Origin: Eukaryota sp. GEM-RC1
Taxonomy: Eukaryota
Assembly (NCBI GenBank): GCA_040285855.1
Contig: JAUFOQ010000006.1
Location: 1,798,001-1,862,000, forward strand
DNA: 64,000 nt
Direction of reading: 5' to 3'
Both the position numbers and the translations under genes were made by a program. Shown piece after piece: positions 13,303-24,062 of the stretch. The number at the start of each line of letters is the position of its first letter. Position 1 is the stretch's first letter. The notes beneath the pieces were generated by a model. That model ran no database searches. It had not been told where the DNA came from and saw only the letters and a list, made by a program, of their open reading frames with translations.

Positions 13303-15968
13303 TCACCATAGGCTCGGAATCACCTTTCTCTGTCGTAAAGGTTCATATTCTTCCTTGATTTTGCTTAAAATATTAATCAAATCAGCGTTCCTCTCTACAA
13401 AGACATTAACCTCTTCATTGATCCTTACATCCAATCCTTCAATCAGACTGTCATTCAATTGCTGCACCTTTGATGGAGGTGAAAGTATCGGAGGAGGAGA
13501 AGTGACAATCTGTAGGATTTCATTTCTTACTGTTTCAGCTAACCCTGTCTTCTCAAGTTTATCAACAACATCCTGCATCAGAAACGTCACCAACCAATCG
13601 TTACTTAAAAATTTGGCCTTATTCAAAACATTCACAAGTTTCCTCTTACCAGAATCAAGTAAATTCGGGATAGATCTAGATCGACTTAGATCAACAAAAG
13701 ACTCCTTATAAAGCTTAAACAGAATAGTTCTAAAACAATCCTGAATAGTAAGATCCACAGTACTCTTAGCTGCCTCTGGAACCAATAGAGAATACTGAAG
13801 AGCCAATACAAGATGATCGGTAGCTTCAATAGGACGATTGGTAAGAGAATCTTCCAGAGATTGGTGGAGATGATATGCACTATTGGTCAAGGCAACAAAA
13901 CCAGAGTAGAGCTCACCCAAGTCGTCAAGAGAGGTCAAAATCGACTTTTGATTGCCAAGAGCTCTATCAATATCTGCACGCACGTGGACGTCAGTTAGAT
14001 CCTTCTCTGGGTAATGTTCTATCCAAGTCTCTCTCGAAATCACGTTACCAACGTAATCAGCAGCGTTTCCTCCTAGTGATAGTAGAAACACTGGCAATGA
14101 CGTGATCCTAGGATCTGGTAGTCCACCCCGACGTCGGTAATTATCCCAAATTCTATGTACAGTTTGCTCCTTCAACTGACACTTCATCAAGAACTCGTCA
14201 ACTTGAGGAGGTTGATACCTAACTTGCCATTGAGCGATCTCAGTGTTCAAAAGTTCATTATCTTTGAATATTTCATCTTGAATGTGCAGTGGAATGTCGT
14301 ATTGATCAAAAAGTGGTCCAATGCTTCTTCTTTGATATAGACAAGAAAGTAAGCCGAACCATGACTTGTAGAACCACCAAATGACTCGGACATTAGTGAG
14401 TCCACGTCAGCTAGAGACACGTGCTGATCATTAAATTTAAAATATTCAAAAATAGGAGCTCCTGATGATTCTTCCCGAGCAACAGGAGAAGCCACATAAT
14501 TCCAATAATGACCAGAAAGAGAAGTTCCTTGATGAATTAGCACTGAAAACAAAAAAAGAGGTTCGCCTTCAACAGGTTTGTACAATAAACTCAACTCCTG
14601 TTCAGCTTGTGAAACTTTTTTCCTTCTATTATCAAGTTCTTCTTCAACTGCAGTGACATAAGGCAATAACCGATCACACTCTGAGGAAAAAGTATCAATA
14701 GAGTGAACAAATTGAGACGAATTTCGCAAGAAGTTAAGGGCATCACGAAGAATTGATGGAAGTGGTGCTTGTGACTCACCAAAATGACCAAGAGCCTGTT
14801 CTTGTCCCCGTAGTAACTCCAATTCAGACTTTAACATGTTCTGCTTATGATGGATAGAGTCAATGAGTTCTAAATTGCAGAACTTCCACCTATCCCCCAT
14901 TAATTTAAAGGGAAAACGTAAATGATCAGACTTCTTCAAAACACTTTGAGTCTCACGGTTATAGTCATACCGTTGGATGGCCATACACACTGCAGACTCC
15001 CCATAATGGTCAACTAGAGAGCGAAGTGTAGGATGAGAATGACCAGGAGGGACATCATAAGATTCTAAGGGAAGAGGGTCGATTCTAGAGTCTAGTACAG
15101 ATTCTAGATCGTCTGATGTTAAAGGGACAGTGATGAAGACAAAGGGTTCAGATTTTTTAGATAGTTTCACTTGGGGGTTTGTGGGAGAAGTACATTCTAC
15201 AAGGTCTACTGACGAACCTTTAAAGCATTTTGTCACTCCTTCATGACCTAGAGCGATCTCAAGTAGATCTAAGAGACGAATGAAAAACTCAGTAGCATCA
15301 TGCTGTACATGGGGAGTCAATGCTTCAAATCCAGAATAAACATTTGAAGCAGCAACCAGAGCCGCTACAAGATCAGTGGGCACGAAATAAGAGCGTTCAG
15401 AGAGAGTAAGATAAGCAAACAGTCTCTGCAACTCCAAAACAACCTTAATAGCAGTTGAGTTTTTGTGATCTTGGTAACCAGAAGGAGGATTGTATTCAAT
15501 GAGAATCTTACGCACACAAGGAACATAATACAGAGTTTGTAGTATTGATGAGAGATAACAAGTATTACCAACGTTCTTAAGTCCAACAGGAACACCATGC
15601 TTCTTCTTACGATTAAGAGGATTTGGATCATCAGAAGTCTGTTTTAAAGAAGTCTCGATCGCCTTCTGAAGATCGATCTCAACGTTTGACTGGAGTTGTT
15701 CTCTTTCTTGATGAGTTTGAAGAGATGCCTGAATGGCTTGCTGAATCTGTTCATCTTCGCCAGATTTCACCGGCTCGTTATAAGGATACTGGGGAAGTGC
15801 TGCGGATGAAGCGTCTGCAGCTTTTTGTTGGGCTTCTATTATAGCAAGTAATTGATCCACAGTGGCAGCATTTGGATCTTGGGCCCATGCTTGATGAATT
15901 TGATAAGGTTCAAAACCAAATTGTTGCATCTGAAACAGAAGAGCACTGCGTTGGATGTCGCTTATCAT
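13303..15968 (-). CDS. Ubiquitin-specific protease, USP25/28-like (UBA/UIM + USP domain); one apparent frameshift
   Basis: UIM-like DEQIQQAIQASL and DLQKAIETSL; Cys box PVGLKNVGNTCY; QHDATEF; His box LIHQGTSLSGHYWNY; FNDQHV. A -1 shift at 14308-14312 joins ORF 13303-14250. Confidence 0.88.
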
Positions 15969-16696
15969 TAAGTATGTACAAAGTCTAGTGAAGAAATATA
16001 AACGACATCTCTTTTCAGAAACGGACTTCTTTGAAATTTTCTATCTGGATTCAGATCCCTTGAATAACACATTGATGTTGTAACAAATGAATGACATACT
16101 GTGGTTTTGAGAATGTCACAAACACTGGATATGCCTCAGTCTGTTGTTCTCATTTCTGAGAATCTTCTTTCTTATACAGTGTGTCATGTATTAAATCGTC
16201 AAGAACTGGTCTTGATGATAAACACAGTGTGTATTTGTGTCTGCAAAAGATGTAGAACAATGCTTTTGAATTGTATTTCTTAAAACAGCACTTCATTGAA
16301 CTACAGAATTGTTGTTGACCCTGAAGTTCAATTACTTTAAAGAAATATTAACAGCAAAAAATAGACAAAAAAATAACACAATAACAAACTTTTTGTTCTA
16401 TCTACATAACTTCAAAAACATACTAGTAATGTTATCTGTTTAGTTATTCTACTCATGACCTGAAAAAGGTAGTAGATAAAACTCGAAATCATCCAAAACA
16501 AGTAGAGAAATCAAAAATAATTTACGTTCAATCAACAACCTTCACTTCTTTTCCCATCTTGAACCTGCAGAGTAAACAACTCGAAAGTCAAGTATGAGCA
16601 AGAAAAACCAAACAACAGGCCTCAACTGATATGGGGAAAAGAAATACAAAGATTATCTAGAAATGTCAAATTGACAGAGTAAAATAAACTTCATTC

Positions 16697-18103
16697 TCAA
16701 GTTTCATCAGCCTGCCAGAACTTCCGCACACATTTCTTGGCAGAATATTTGTCATAAATATACTCATCAAGCGCAAATCCCACGTTCCAACCAAGATTCT
16801 TATACGCATTATAAGAAAACTGAGGGAGGGAGCCATTGTAGAGAACATCAGAGGATGAAGACACCTCCAAACCTGACGAAAGACCAGAAGACACCTCTAA
16901 TGTTTGAGCATGCCCACAATAAGGCTTCAAGAGCTTTCCAAAGGACTTCCTCTGAGTTCCTTGAGTTGACCCTGGTTCATAAAGGGAACTAAACCTACAA
17001 GAAGCCATTGAAAAGGTCTTATCCTTCCTATCCAGAATCTTGCCAAATGTCGTTGCATCATCTGGCAGGAATTTTAAATAGAACTGAGTGTTACTCTCGT
17101 CATCCTTGGCATCTGGAACTAAACGCTGTTTATGTGTAGGAGAAAGATCCCAGTGGCTTAGATTGGCTTCGTTCTCAACAGAATTTCCGAATAGAAAACA
17201 ATCGCTTTTCTGTGAGTGGGAGTGAAGGTCGAGTGCAAAGGCAGGAAACGTGAGAGGGTCAGAAATAGAGCTCAAGACCAAATCAGTAAAACACTTGATT
17301 GGGGAAACTAACTCTGAATAAAAGATTGAGGGATCTGTACCCCGATCCCAGACTCTATTAAAATCATTTCCAAGTAAGTCAGCACGATAGTTGCCTGTAA
17401 TAACACCATCAACGTTGAGAATAGGGACAACACGAATGGCACACGTAGAACGAAGTCGTTGAGAACATGGAGAGAACAGATATTCTAAAAGGCCTTCCAT
17501 TACGATAGATGAAGGGGTTTCGCCAGGGTGAGAACGAGCAGAGATGAAGATGGTGGGGTAAGGAATGGAAGAGGTTGGGAGAGGATTAGAGGAGAGGAGA
17601 TCCACTCTACGTAACAGGAGGGAACGAGTAAGGAGGGATCGAGACATTGTTGGTGAAGGAAGTTTCATTAAAGAGAATAGTAGTAGTTGGAGTTGGGAAT
17701 AAGTGTAGGGAAAGCTGTAAGCGAATTGATGAACAGTTGTTGTGGAAAACTTGTATAAGAAAGACATAACGTAGGTATTGTCATGCTGAGGGCATCTGTA
17801 ATAGAAAAGGTTTTTAGGATGTACTTTAGACCAAAACATTGTGGAAGTGCGAACTAGAGGAGTCTGTCCCTGTCTGTAGTTTGATCTAGTTTTTGTTTGA
17901 CCAATGATATTGAAGAGAACCATGGTACTTGGTAGTGGTGCTGAGACTCCAAAGTAGAACCAAAGAGCTGGGCCTTTAGCATTAAATTTGGGATCAGGAC
18001 GGATATAGATGTCATATTCCCATTCAGATTTTCGATGTACCTCACCTATATTGGAACACTCAAAGTTGCTAAGAAATTGGATGGAAGTATCAGTAGAAAG
18101 CAT
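16697..18103 (-). CDS. Cytosolic carboxypeptidase (CCP/AGBL, M14D tubulin deglutamylase family)
   Basis: FLSNFECSNI, WFYFGV, FAYSFPYTYS, ARSHPGETPSS, NVDGVITGNYR, DLHSHS. Likely start is ATG 18103 inside ORF 16697-18235. Confidence 0.9.
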   Translation of the reverse strand: MLSTDTSIQFLSNFECSNIGEVHRKSEWEYDIYIRPDPKFNAKGPALWFYFGVSAPLPSTMVLFNIIGQTKTRSNYRQGQTPLVRTSTMFWSKVHPKNLFYYRCPQHDNTYVMSFLYKFSTTTVHQFAYSFPYTYSQLQLLLFSLMKLPSPTMSRSLLTRSLLLRRVDLLSSNPLPTSSIPYPTIFISARSHPGETPSSIVMEGLLEYLFSPCSQRLRSTCAIRVVPILNVDGVITGNYRADLLGNDFNRVWDRGTDPSIFYSELVSPIKCFTDLVLSSISDPLTFPAFALDLHSHSQKSDCFLFGNSVENEANLSHWDLSPTHKQRLVPDAKDDESNTQFYLKFLPDDATTFGKILDRKDKTFSMASCRFSSLYEPGSTQGTQRKSFGKLLKPYCGHAQTLEVSSGLSSGLEVSSSSDVLYNGSLPQFSYNAYKNLGWNVGFALDEYIYDKYSAKKCVRKFWQADET

Positions 18104-18283
18104 ACTATAAAAGTACAGGTTGTACTGTACAAGACAAAGGCAAAATTGATTTCTGGATGATTGCAAAAAACGAACACGGGCAGTTATGATCCCAATCAGA
18201 CCGACGTCAATACATTGATTACTGTAATAATCCATTAAGATCAGCTTTTGGTTTTTATCAATGCTTGAAAATTATGATTAAAG

Positions 18284-18676
18284 TTTATCAATGAAGCGCA
18301 CAAAAATACATATCATAATGAAAGCAATTAAACACTAGACACAGAAAATTCCTTGGTCAACAGTACCACAGTTCTTATACAACTTTGTGATAATTGGTTT
18401 AAAAAACTTAGGCATCGAACGGAACAAAGAAAAATCAAACGGTTATGCCAAATTGATAAGTTAAATCTCTTATTCTGAGACTTACACATACACTGTAGAT
18501 CCAAAATCAGTTAAAAACTGAGAAGCCATTTCACCAACACTGCACTACCAAAAACACAAACAATAAAATCAACAAATACAAATTTTGATGGAGTTTAGCA
18601 ACATCTTTGGAATACAAATCAATTTTACGGTTTTCGGCTCTTGTTAGGTGGTTGGAACCTTTTGAATTTAAGCCTA
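18284..18676 (-). mobile_element. Degraded RLE retrotransposon 3' fragment (family D, copy 1)
   Basis: Reverse complement aligns to 62540-62836 and continues into 63725-63808. Confidence 0.7.
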
Positions 18677-18693
18677 CTGCAAAATTGTATTAC

Positions 18694-18912
18694 TTTATTC
18701 TTTTTCTTACATGATTTCTATTAAAACAATCAAATAACGTTAAGACTAAATCCAAACGACTTCTTCCTTCTCTGGGAAAAGATTACGTTTTTCAACATCA
18801 ACCATCACACCGACTTTGTAAAAATTCTCAACTAATCGAGACAAATTGAAAAGCATGTTCCGACAAAGGAAAAACACAGTAGGGTTTTTCCATTCAGACA
18901 TTCTGATATATG
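18694..18912 (-). mobile_element. Diverged RLE retrotransposon 3' fragment (family C, copy 3)
   Basis: Translates ...VFFLCRNMLFNLSRLVENFYKVGVMVDVEKRNLFPEKEEVVWI*, homologous to the end of ORF 26344-26760. Ends at AATAAA. Confidence 0.8.
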
Positions 18913-19341
18913 ATCCGAGACATCTTCATGAAGAACTGGGACTAAACCAAGCGATAAAACTAGCACGGTCATTCAAATATCGAAGAATGTATCTTTGCAA
19001 ATCGGTCTTAGCTAATATGAAAGTAGAAAGGACCTTACAGAGAGTTGATGATGGTGAACCAGCATATCACAGAACACAAACTGCGGTATAGTTGTGGAAA
19101 ATGAATAATGACCAGCTTCTTCCTGCAAAGGGTATACAGGAACGGAAGACATCGAAAAAAAGGGGTTGAGTCTTCGCTCTAATACACCAATCCTTTGCGG
19201 AGGTGTTGCTAATCTTCTCTGTTTAGTTTCCATTTTAGTGGAGCCAAGGGACAAGCCCAAGGCAGAACTATAGCGGCAAAGAGAGGAAATATATTGGTCT
19301 GACATACTCTGGTTCTGCGTGCGGATTATGGGTATATTCAT
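18913..19341 (-). pseudogene. Possible degraded N-terminal fragment of the LRR-type family seen at 53879-56129
   Basis: Weak similarity only (LVHHHQL, VPVLHEDVS versus LHYLHQL, IPVTHKDLS); contains stops and frameshifts. Confidence 0.3.
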
Positions 19342-20114
19342 TCCTAATTGTAATTACAATCAATACACTTATACTTATTCTATGTCCATCACAGGTAAAT
19401 CATGTGTTTAATCACCGGTCTTTGTCATTGTCAGGTACATTGATTACTCCTTTTTGAAATATAACATTGTTTCTTGCTTACTTGACAAGTCCTTCATTAG
19501 AGTTGATTCTAAATACTTTGTTGATCTCTTCTTGATCAAATACTCGTATTACCATCATCGAAGAGCCAGTCTCGTTTCAATAAATAGTGTCTCTCCACTT
19601 TTAGAGGTACCTGCAATAAACGTCAGGTTATATTGGGAAGACCTCCAACCCTTCTGAAGATTGATTGCCGGTTATCGTACGGAATCGAAGTAATAGAACG
19701 AAACATATTCCTAGTTTATGGTCAGAGAAAAGAAAGTTATAGAAACACAGTGTATAACAATTAACAAAGTGACTACAGTATTTGAAAAATTGTCTAGCTG
19801 TTCAATATAAGACTAAAATCTTAGATGCTCTCAGAAATGTGACAATGTAATAGTTTGGACAAGTGAGTTCAACATGAATGCCCCGATGAGATTAGTTATC
19901 TTGTCATTGAGGATCTACCTAGTAAATGAAATTTAAGTGAATTTAATGTTTGTAATTTGTGTCAGGATAAGTAGTCACTTAGTGGCATTTGGCTGAAATC
20001 TCAGAAAATCTAAATGCAATGATTTGCAATAATTGCAATAAATACAAAATTGTATTTCAAACCAATAAATACTTTGTGAAATTCATAAAATTCATTCTAT
20101 GACTACAGTTGGAA

Positions 20115-20330
20115 TTATTCAACGATGTCAGACAAATCGTGAAAAATAGGACGGGCAAACACTTTAATCATATGTTATGGTTGAATCGTGTCGTTTTTAC
20201 TATTTTTAAAACAATTCCCCTAATCATCTCCAAAGCTTTACTAGCAGTGAGTTCCTTTTGTGAGGACAAAGCTGTTGTAAGACTTGATAATGACGCATGT
20301 TGCGTTAATAATATCAAATTTTAGTTCATT
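20115..20330 (+). mobile_element. RLE retrotransposon 3' fragment (family B)
   Basis: IVKNRTGKHFNHMLWLNRVVFTIFKTIPLIISKALLAVSSFCEDKAVVR...IKF* matches the C-terminus of ORF 61349-62290. Confidence 0.85.
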
Positions 20331-20811
20331 TAGTTTAGTAAATTTATCAACATTCCGTGGAAAAAAGAACAAGAATTAACAAAATAAAGAGCACAAGAAG
20401 TATTTCTGAGCAAAAACTAGTTAAATGTTCAATCAGAAATAGTTGTTGAATACAGACGACAATTATGTGAGTGGAAACAGATGAACATAACACGTACAAA
20501 GATGTGACGAATGATAGCAGCCTTCATGTTGATGAGAAAGAATGCCATCCAAGAGGCAGTTTACTTTATGAAAAAAATATTCTACATATACAAAACAATT
20601 ACATAACGATACACTGTAATGTCGAATCCTAATGCAGTGTAGTAATTTCAAAAATACATAAACAGTAAGTACTGTATGTATTGTTCAAAACGGAAATTGC
20701 ATTCAATGTCGATACAAAATGGTGGTAGAATGAGTTCGCGTCGCTGTGTAAGGTAATTTATAAGGAATCGACTGGTCTAGTAATAACACGTCCTGGCCAA
20801 TGGACCACAGC

Positions 20812-21973
20812 TAGGGCTGTTAATGGGAGATGGGAGTTTCTCCCACTCCCAACACGTGTTCTCCCACTACCACTCCCACCTCCCACTTGTCATAGGTGAG
20901 ACTCCCACTCCCACTCCCACTCCCAACAAATTCTCCCAACTCCCACCCAACTCCCATTTTTGTATCTTCTAGTACAATGACACTTTACTTTATAAACATA
21001 ACAATCACTAACTCTATCTCTGATTCATGAACAACTCTCTCATCTCCCGACCTTTGAACCATGATTTCAAACAAAGGACTACTTCAATAGAATCACTACT
21101 CAAGGAAGCTCGTAACTTCGTAACAACACACCCTGCCTGAGAGAATAACTGTTCACTTGGAACTGATGAGGCTTGTGTTGTCATAAAGTTCTTAGCATAC
21201 AATGTATGCGGATAGTCGTGAATACCTGTTGAAACACAACACATTTTGTATTTTAAACCAAATTCAGTAATAATTTCTTCCACAGCATCGGCAATGTTGA
21301 TGGCAGTGTGGTTTTCTTTCAAGTGCTTAAAACTGTGGACGTACATTGTAAATGTTTAAATTCCAGTCTTCAATACAGTGAACTGTTACCCCATTAAAAT
21401 GCTTGTTTGTATTCGATGTCCATCTATCAATCCTAATAGATACTTTAGAAGAATTACACACATTTTTGAATTTATCTATCAAGTATCCTTTAAATGACTC
21501 ATAAACATTCAACATATCATTTCTTATCGTGGTTCTTTTTGGAATTTTGGAAACTGAAAGAGAGGAAACAAATTCAATAAAATCAGGATGTTTAAACAGA
21601 CCAGAGTTTTCAGGATCTTCAGATAAATCAAGCGATGACATTGGTTGAAATTTACAGATAAACAACCACGCTCTTTATAAAACGAAAATAAATAAAACAA
21701 AACAAAGACAGTAAAAATGTAATACACCTAGTCCTATTAATATTCTAGAAAAATTATAACTGTATTTGTCTAGCTAGCTTGTTTCTGTTTTAAATTGAAG
21801 TTAGAGTTGTGTCTGTAAATGGGAGATGGGAGATTTTGGGAGTTCCCACCTCCCAACGGAGAGCTCCCACTCCCACTCCCACTCCCAAAAATTGCTACTG
21901 AAGCTCCCACTCCCACTCCCAAGGGTCATGGGAGATGGGAGTTGGGAGAAAATGGGAGAAATTGACAGCCCTA
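20812..21973 (-). mobile_element. hAT-superfamily DNA transposon, internally deleted (1162 bp)
   Basis: TIRs TAGGGCTGT(T/C)AAT at both ends; perfect 8-bp TSD ACCACAGC (20804-20811 and 21974-21981); CTCCCA/TGGGAG subterminal repeats; transposase remnants IDRWTS...GVTVH...HTAINIA and the hAT dimerisation motif ASSVPSEQLFSQAG...CLKSW. Confidence 0.95.
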
Positions 21974-22016
21974 ACCACAGCACTGATTTTGCATCCAGCT
22001 TTTTTCTACCTCCAAA

Positions 22017-22841
22017 ATGTCTGAATCCTTTTCTACCCCCAAACATTCCCATCTTAGTTCTGTCTCTAGCTCTCCCAACATGTCTTCCACCCGCAGCACA
22101 AATAGCTCGCCAACGAAACTTCGTATTAAACAACTTTCTGATAAAATGGCTGGCCTCCAATGTACTTTAGAGGACGAAAAGAATGCTCGCCGAGACGCTG
22201 TGGAAATGAAAATTCGTCTTCTCGATGAGAAAGTTCAACGCCAGACGGTCGCTGATGAAGCCAAGTGGAAACTTCTTAAGGATCAAGTCTGTAAGTTGCA
22301 GGAAAATCTTGCTTCGGAACGCCTCGCACGCGAGGTTCTTGATGAACGCAAAACAAAGGAGCTCAAACTTATCGAATCATCACTCACATTGGATCTAAAT
22401 GTCGAAAAGCAATCAAGAAAGGACGGAGAGGCTCGCCTTCTGAAACAAATGGATGACAAAATTTACGCAGTTCGTCTTGAACTCGCCAAGGAGAAGAAAT
22501 CCCGTGAAGATTGTGAAGAACAAACCACAAAGGAGATCTCTGAGCAAGTCACCAGATTGTCATCTGCTATTGATACTGAACGTCGTACTCGTGAAGAACA
22601 TGTACATCAAATCACAGACCGTTTGGATGAAGAGACCGCAAAGCTCCGTGAAACTCTGTTGGCCGAGACTAAGGTAAGACAGGATTCTGAGAATCAAATC
22701 CTTAAGATGTTGGATGAAATGTGTACTAAGCTCAATGATGATATCGCTTCTGAAAGAAGAGAACGTGAAACAACTGAAGAAACTTTATTGAGATTATTGG
22801 AGGAGACTTGTAACCGTCTTGAAGGTTCAAAACATGAGTAG
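22017..22841 (+). CDS. SF-assemblin/beta-giardin family striated-fibre protein
   Basis: Short Ser/Pro-rich head followed by a ~240-aa coiled coil with recurring E..(S/T)R motifs; intact 274-aa ORF. Confidence 0.8.
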   Translation: MSESFSTPKHSHLSSVSSSPNMSSTRSTNSSPTKLRIKQLSDKMAGLQCTLEDEKNARRDAVEMKIRLLDEKVQRQTVADEAKWKLLKDQVCKLQENLASERLAREVLDERKTKELKLIESSLTLDLNVEKQSRKDGEARLLKQMDDKIYAVRLELAKEKKSREDCEEQTTKEISEQVTRLSSAIDTERRTREEHVHQITDRLDEETAKLRETLLAETKVRQDSENQILKMLDEMCTKLNDDIASERRERETTEETLLRLLEETCNRLEGSKHE

Positions 22842-23055
22842 ATAATTGTGAAGTTTTGTATAATAAATGATTAGTAATTCGAAGTAGTTAGACTCTACAA
22901 TTGACTCAAAAAGTCGACTTTGTTTCATGAGACTAGTCGATTTATAAAATAGTAGTGGTTTTCGAATGTTTGTCTTCTACTACTAGTACTGTAGTAGTAG
23001 CTGAGAGGTTTTGTCATCCAAAAAGTAAAACATTGTTGCAAAAGCTCCTCATCAC

Positions 23056-23979
23056 ATGCACCTAGACAAGTTCCTCATTCTATGTTTCATTATACTCCAG
23101 ATTCATTGTTGGAGTGAAGTACCAATCAGTTTCTCAGGTTATGATTGGCAAATAAAAGAACCGTCATATCGGATGGGTCCTGGATATAACAATTGGTCAT
23201 CAAACCAGACCTTCATTGATTCTAACGGTTACTTGCACCTCAATATTTTCAAACACAACGACGATTGGTACTGCTCCGAAATCTTCTCTGACTCTCACTT
23301 TGGCTATGGCACGTATACTTTTGAGGTTGAATCTGGATACCAAGTCATGGATAACAACATGGTTCTTGGACTGTTCGTTTATTACAACGATACACAAGAA
23401 CTTGATATAGAGCTGTCAAGGTGGGGTCATGACACCACACCAAATTCGATTTACGTCATGCAACCTTCTAAACTGGGCAATTACGCCTTCTTTGAATCTC
23501 CAGTAGAGCTAGAAGGCACTTTTATCCACAAAATCAAATGGTATCCTGATAGAGTTGAATTCGTTTCAGCATTTGGATCCGTTGATGACAACGAAGTCTT
23601 CATGACTTGGATCTACAGAGGCCCTGATAATTTCATTCCACACGAGGAAAGAGTCCATCTAAACTTGTGGTTACTGTATGGAACATCGCCTGCTTCTGAG
23701 GAGGGCCAGGAAGTGATCATTAGATCCTTCTCCTTTACAGAACACCCTTCAGATGACGACGATGACGATCTTCCACCTGATGATGAACCTTTACCTGACG
23801 ACGAACCTTCTGTGGGTGAGATTTGTTTTGAAATCGGTATGTTTTGGATCTATGTTGGAGTTGTTGCGTTGTGTATTGTTGTTCTGATTGGTATTCTCTT
23901 ATGTACTGTTCGTAGTAAGAAGGTAGCAGCCAGTAACAGATTGAAACATGCAACTAGTTTCCAAATGCACAAATTGTAA
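23056..23979 (+). CDS. Membrane-anchored glycoside hydrolase family 16-like protein
   Basis: Signal peptide; FSGYDWQIK...GPGYNNWS...GYLHL...FGYGTY...VLGLFVY...ELDIELSRWG with the ExDxE catalytic motif; acidic linker and C-terminal TM helix. Confidence 0.8.
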   Translation: MHLDKFLILCFIILQIHCWSEVPISFSGYDWQIKEPSYRMGPGYNNWSSNQTFIDSNGYLHLNIFKHNDDWYCSEIFSDSHFGYGTYTFEVESGYQVMDNNMVLGLFVYYNDTQELDIELSRWGHDTTPNSIYVMQPSKLGNYAFFESPVELEGTFIHKIKWYPDRVEFVSAFGSVDDNEVFMTWIYRGPDNFIPHEERVHLNLWLLYGTSPASEEGQEVIIRSFSFTEHPSDDDDDDLPPDDEPLPDDEPSVGEICFEIGMFWIYVGVVALCIVVLIGILLCTVRSKKVAASNRLKHATSFQMHKL

Positions 23980-24062
23980 TATAATTCATTAATTAACTCT
24001 AATAATTAATTAACTCTAAGTTAAAAACAGTTAAAACAGCAACAGTTATGTGTTGAATAACA

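Noticed and set aside
20812..21973. CTCCCA/TGGGAG arrays as telomeric or CRISPR-like repeats
   Set aside because: They are confined within hAT TIRs, irregular, and have no repeat-spacer structure.
21801..22170. ORFs 21801-22160 (-) and 21826-22170 (+) containing WEWEW and HSHSH
   Set aside because: They are translations of hAT subterminal CTCCCA repeats overlapping the real SF-assemblin gene.
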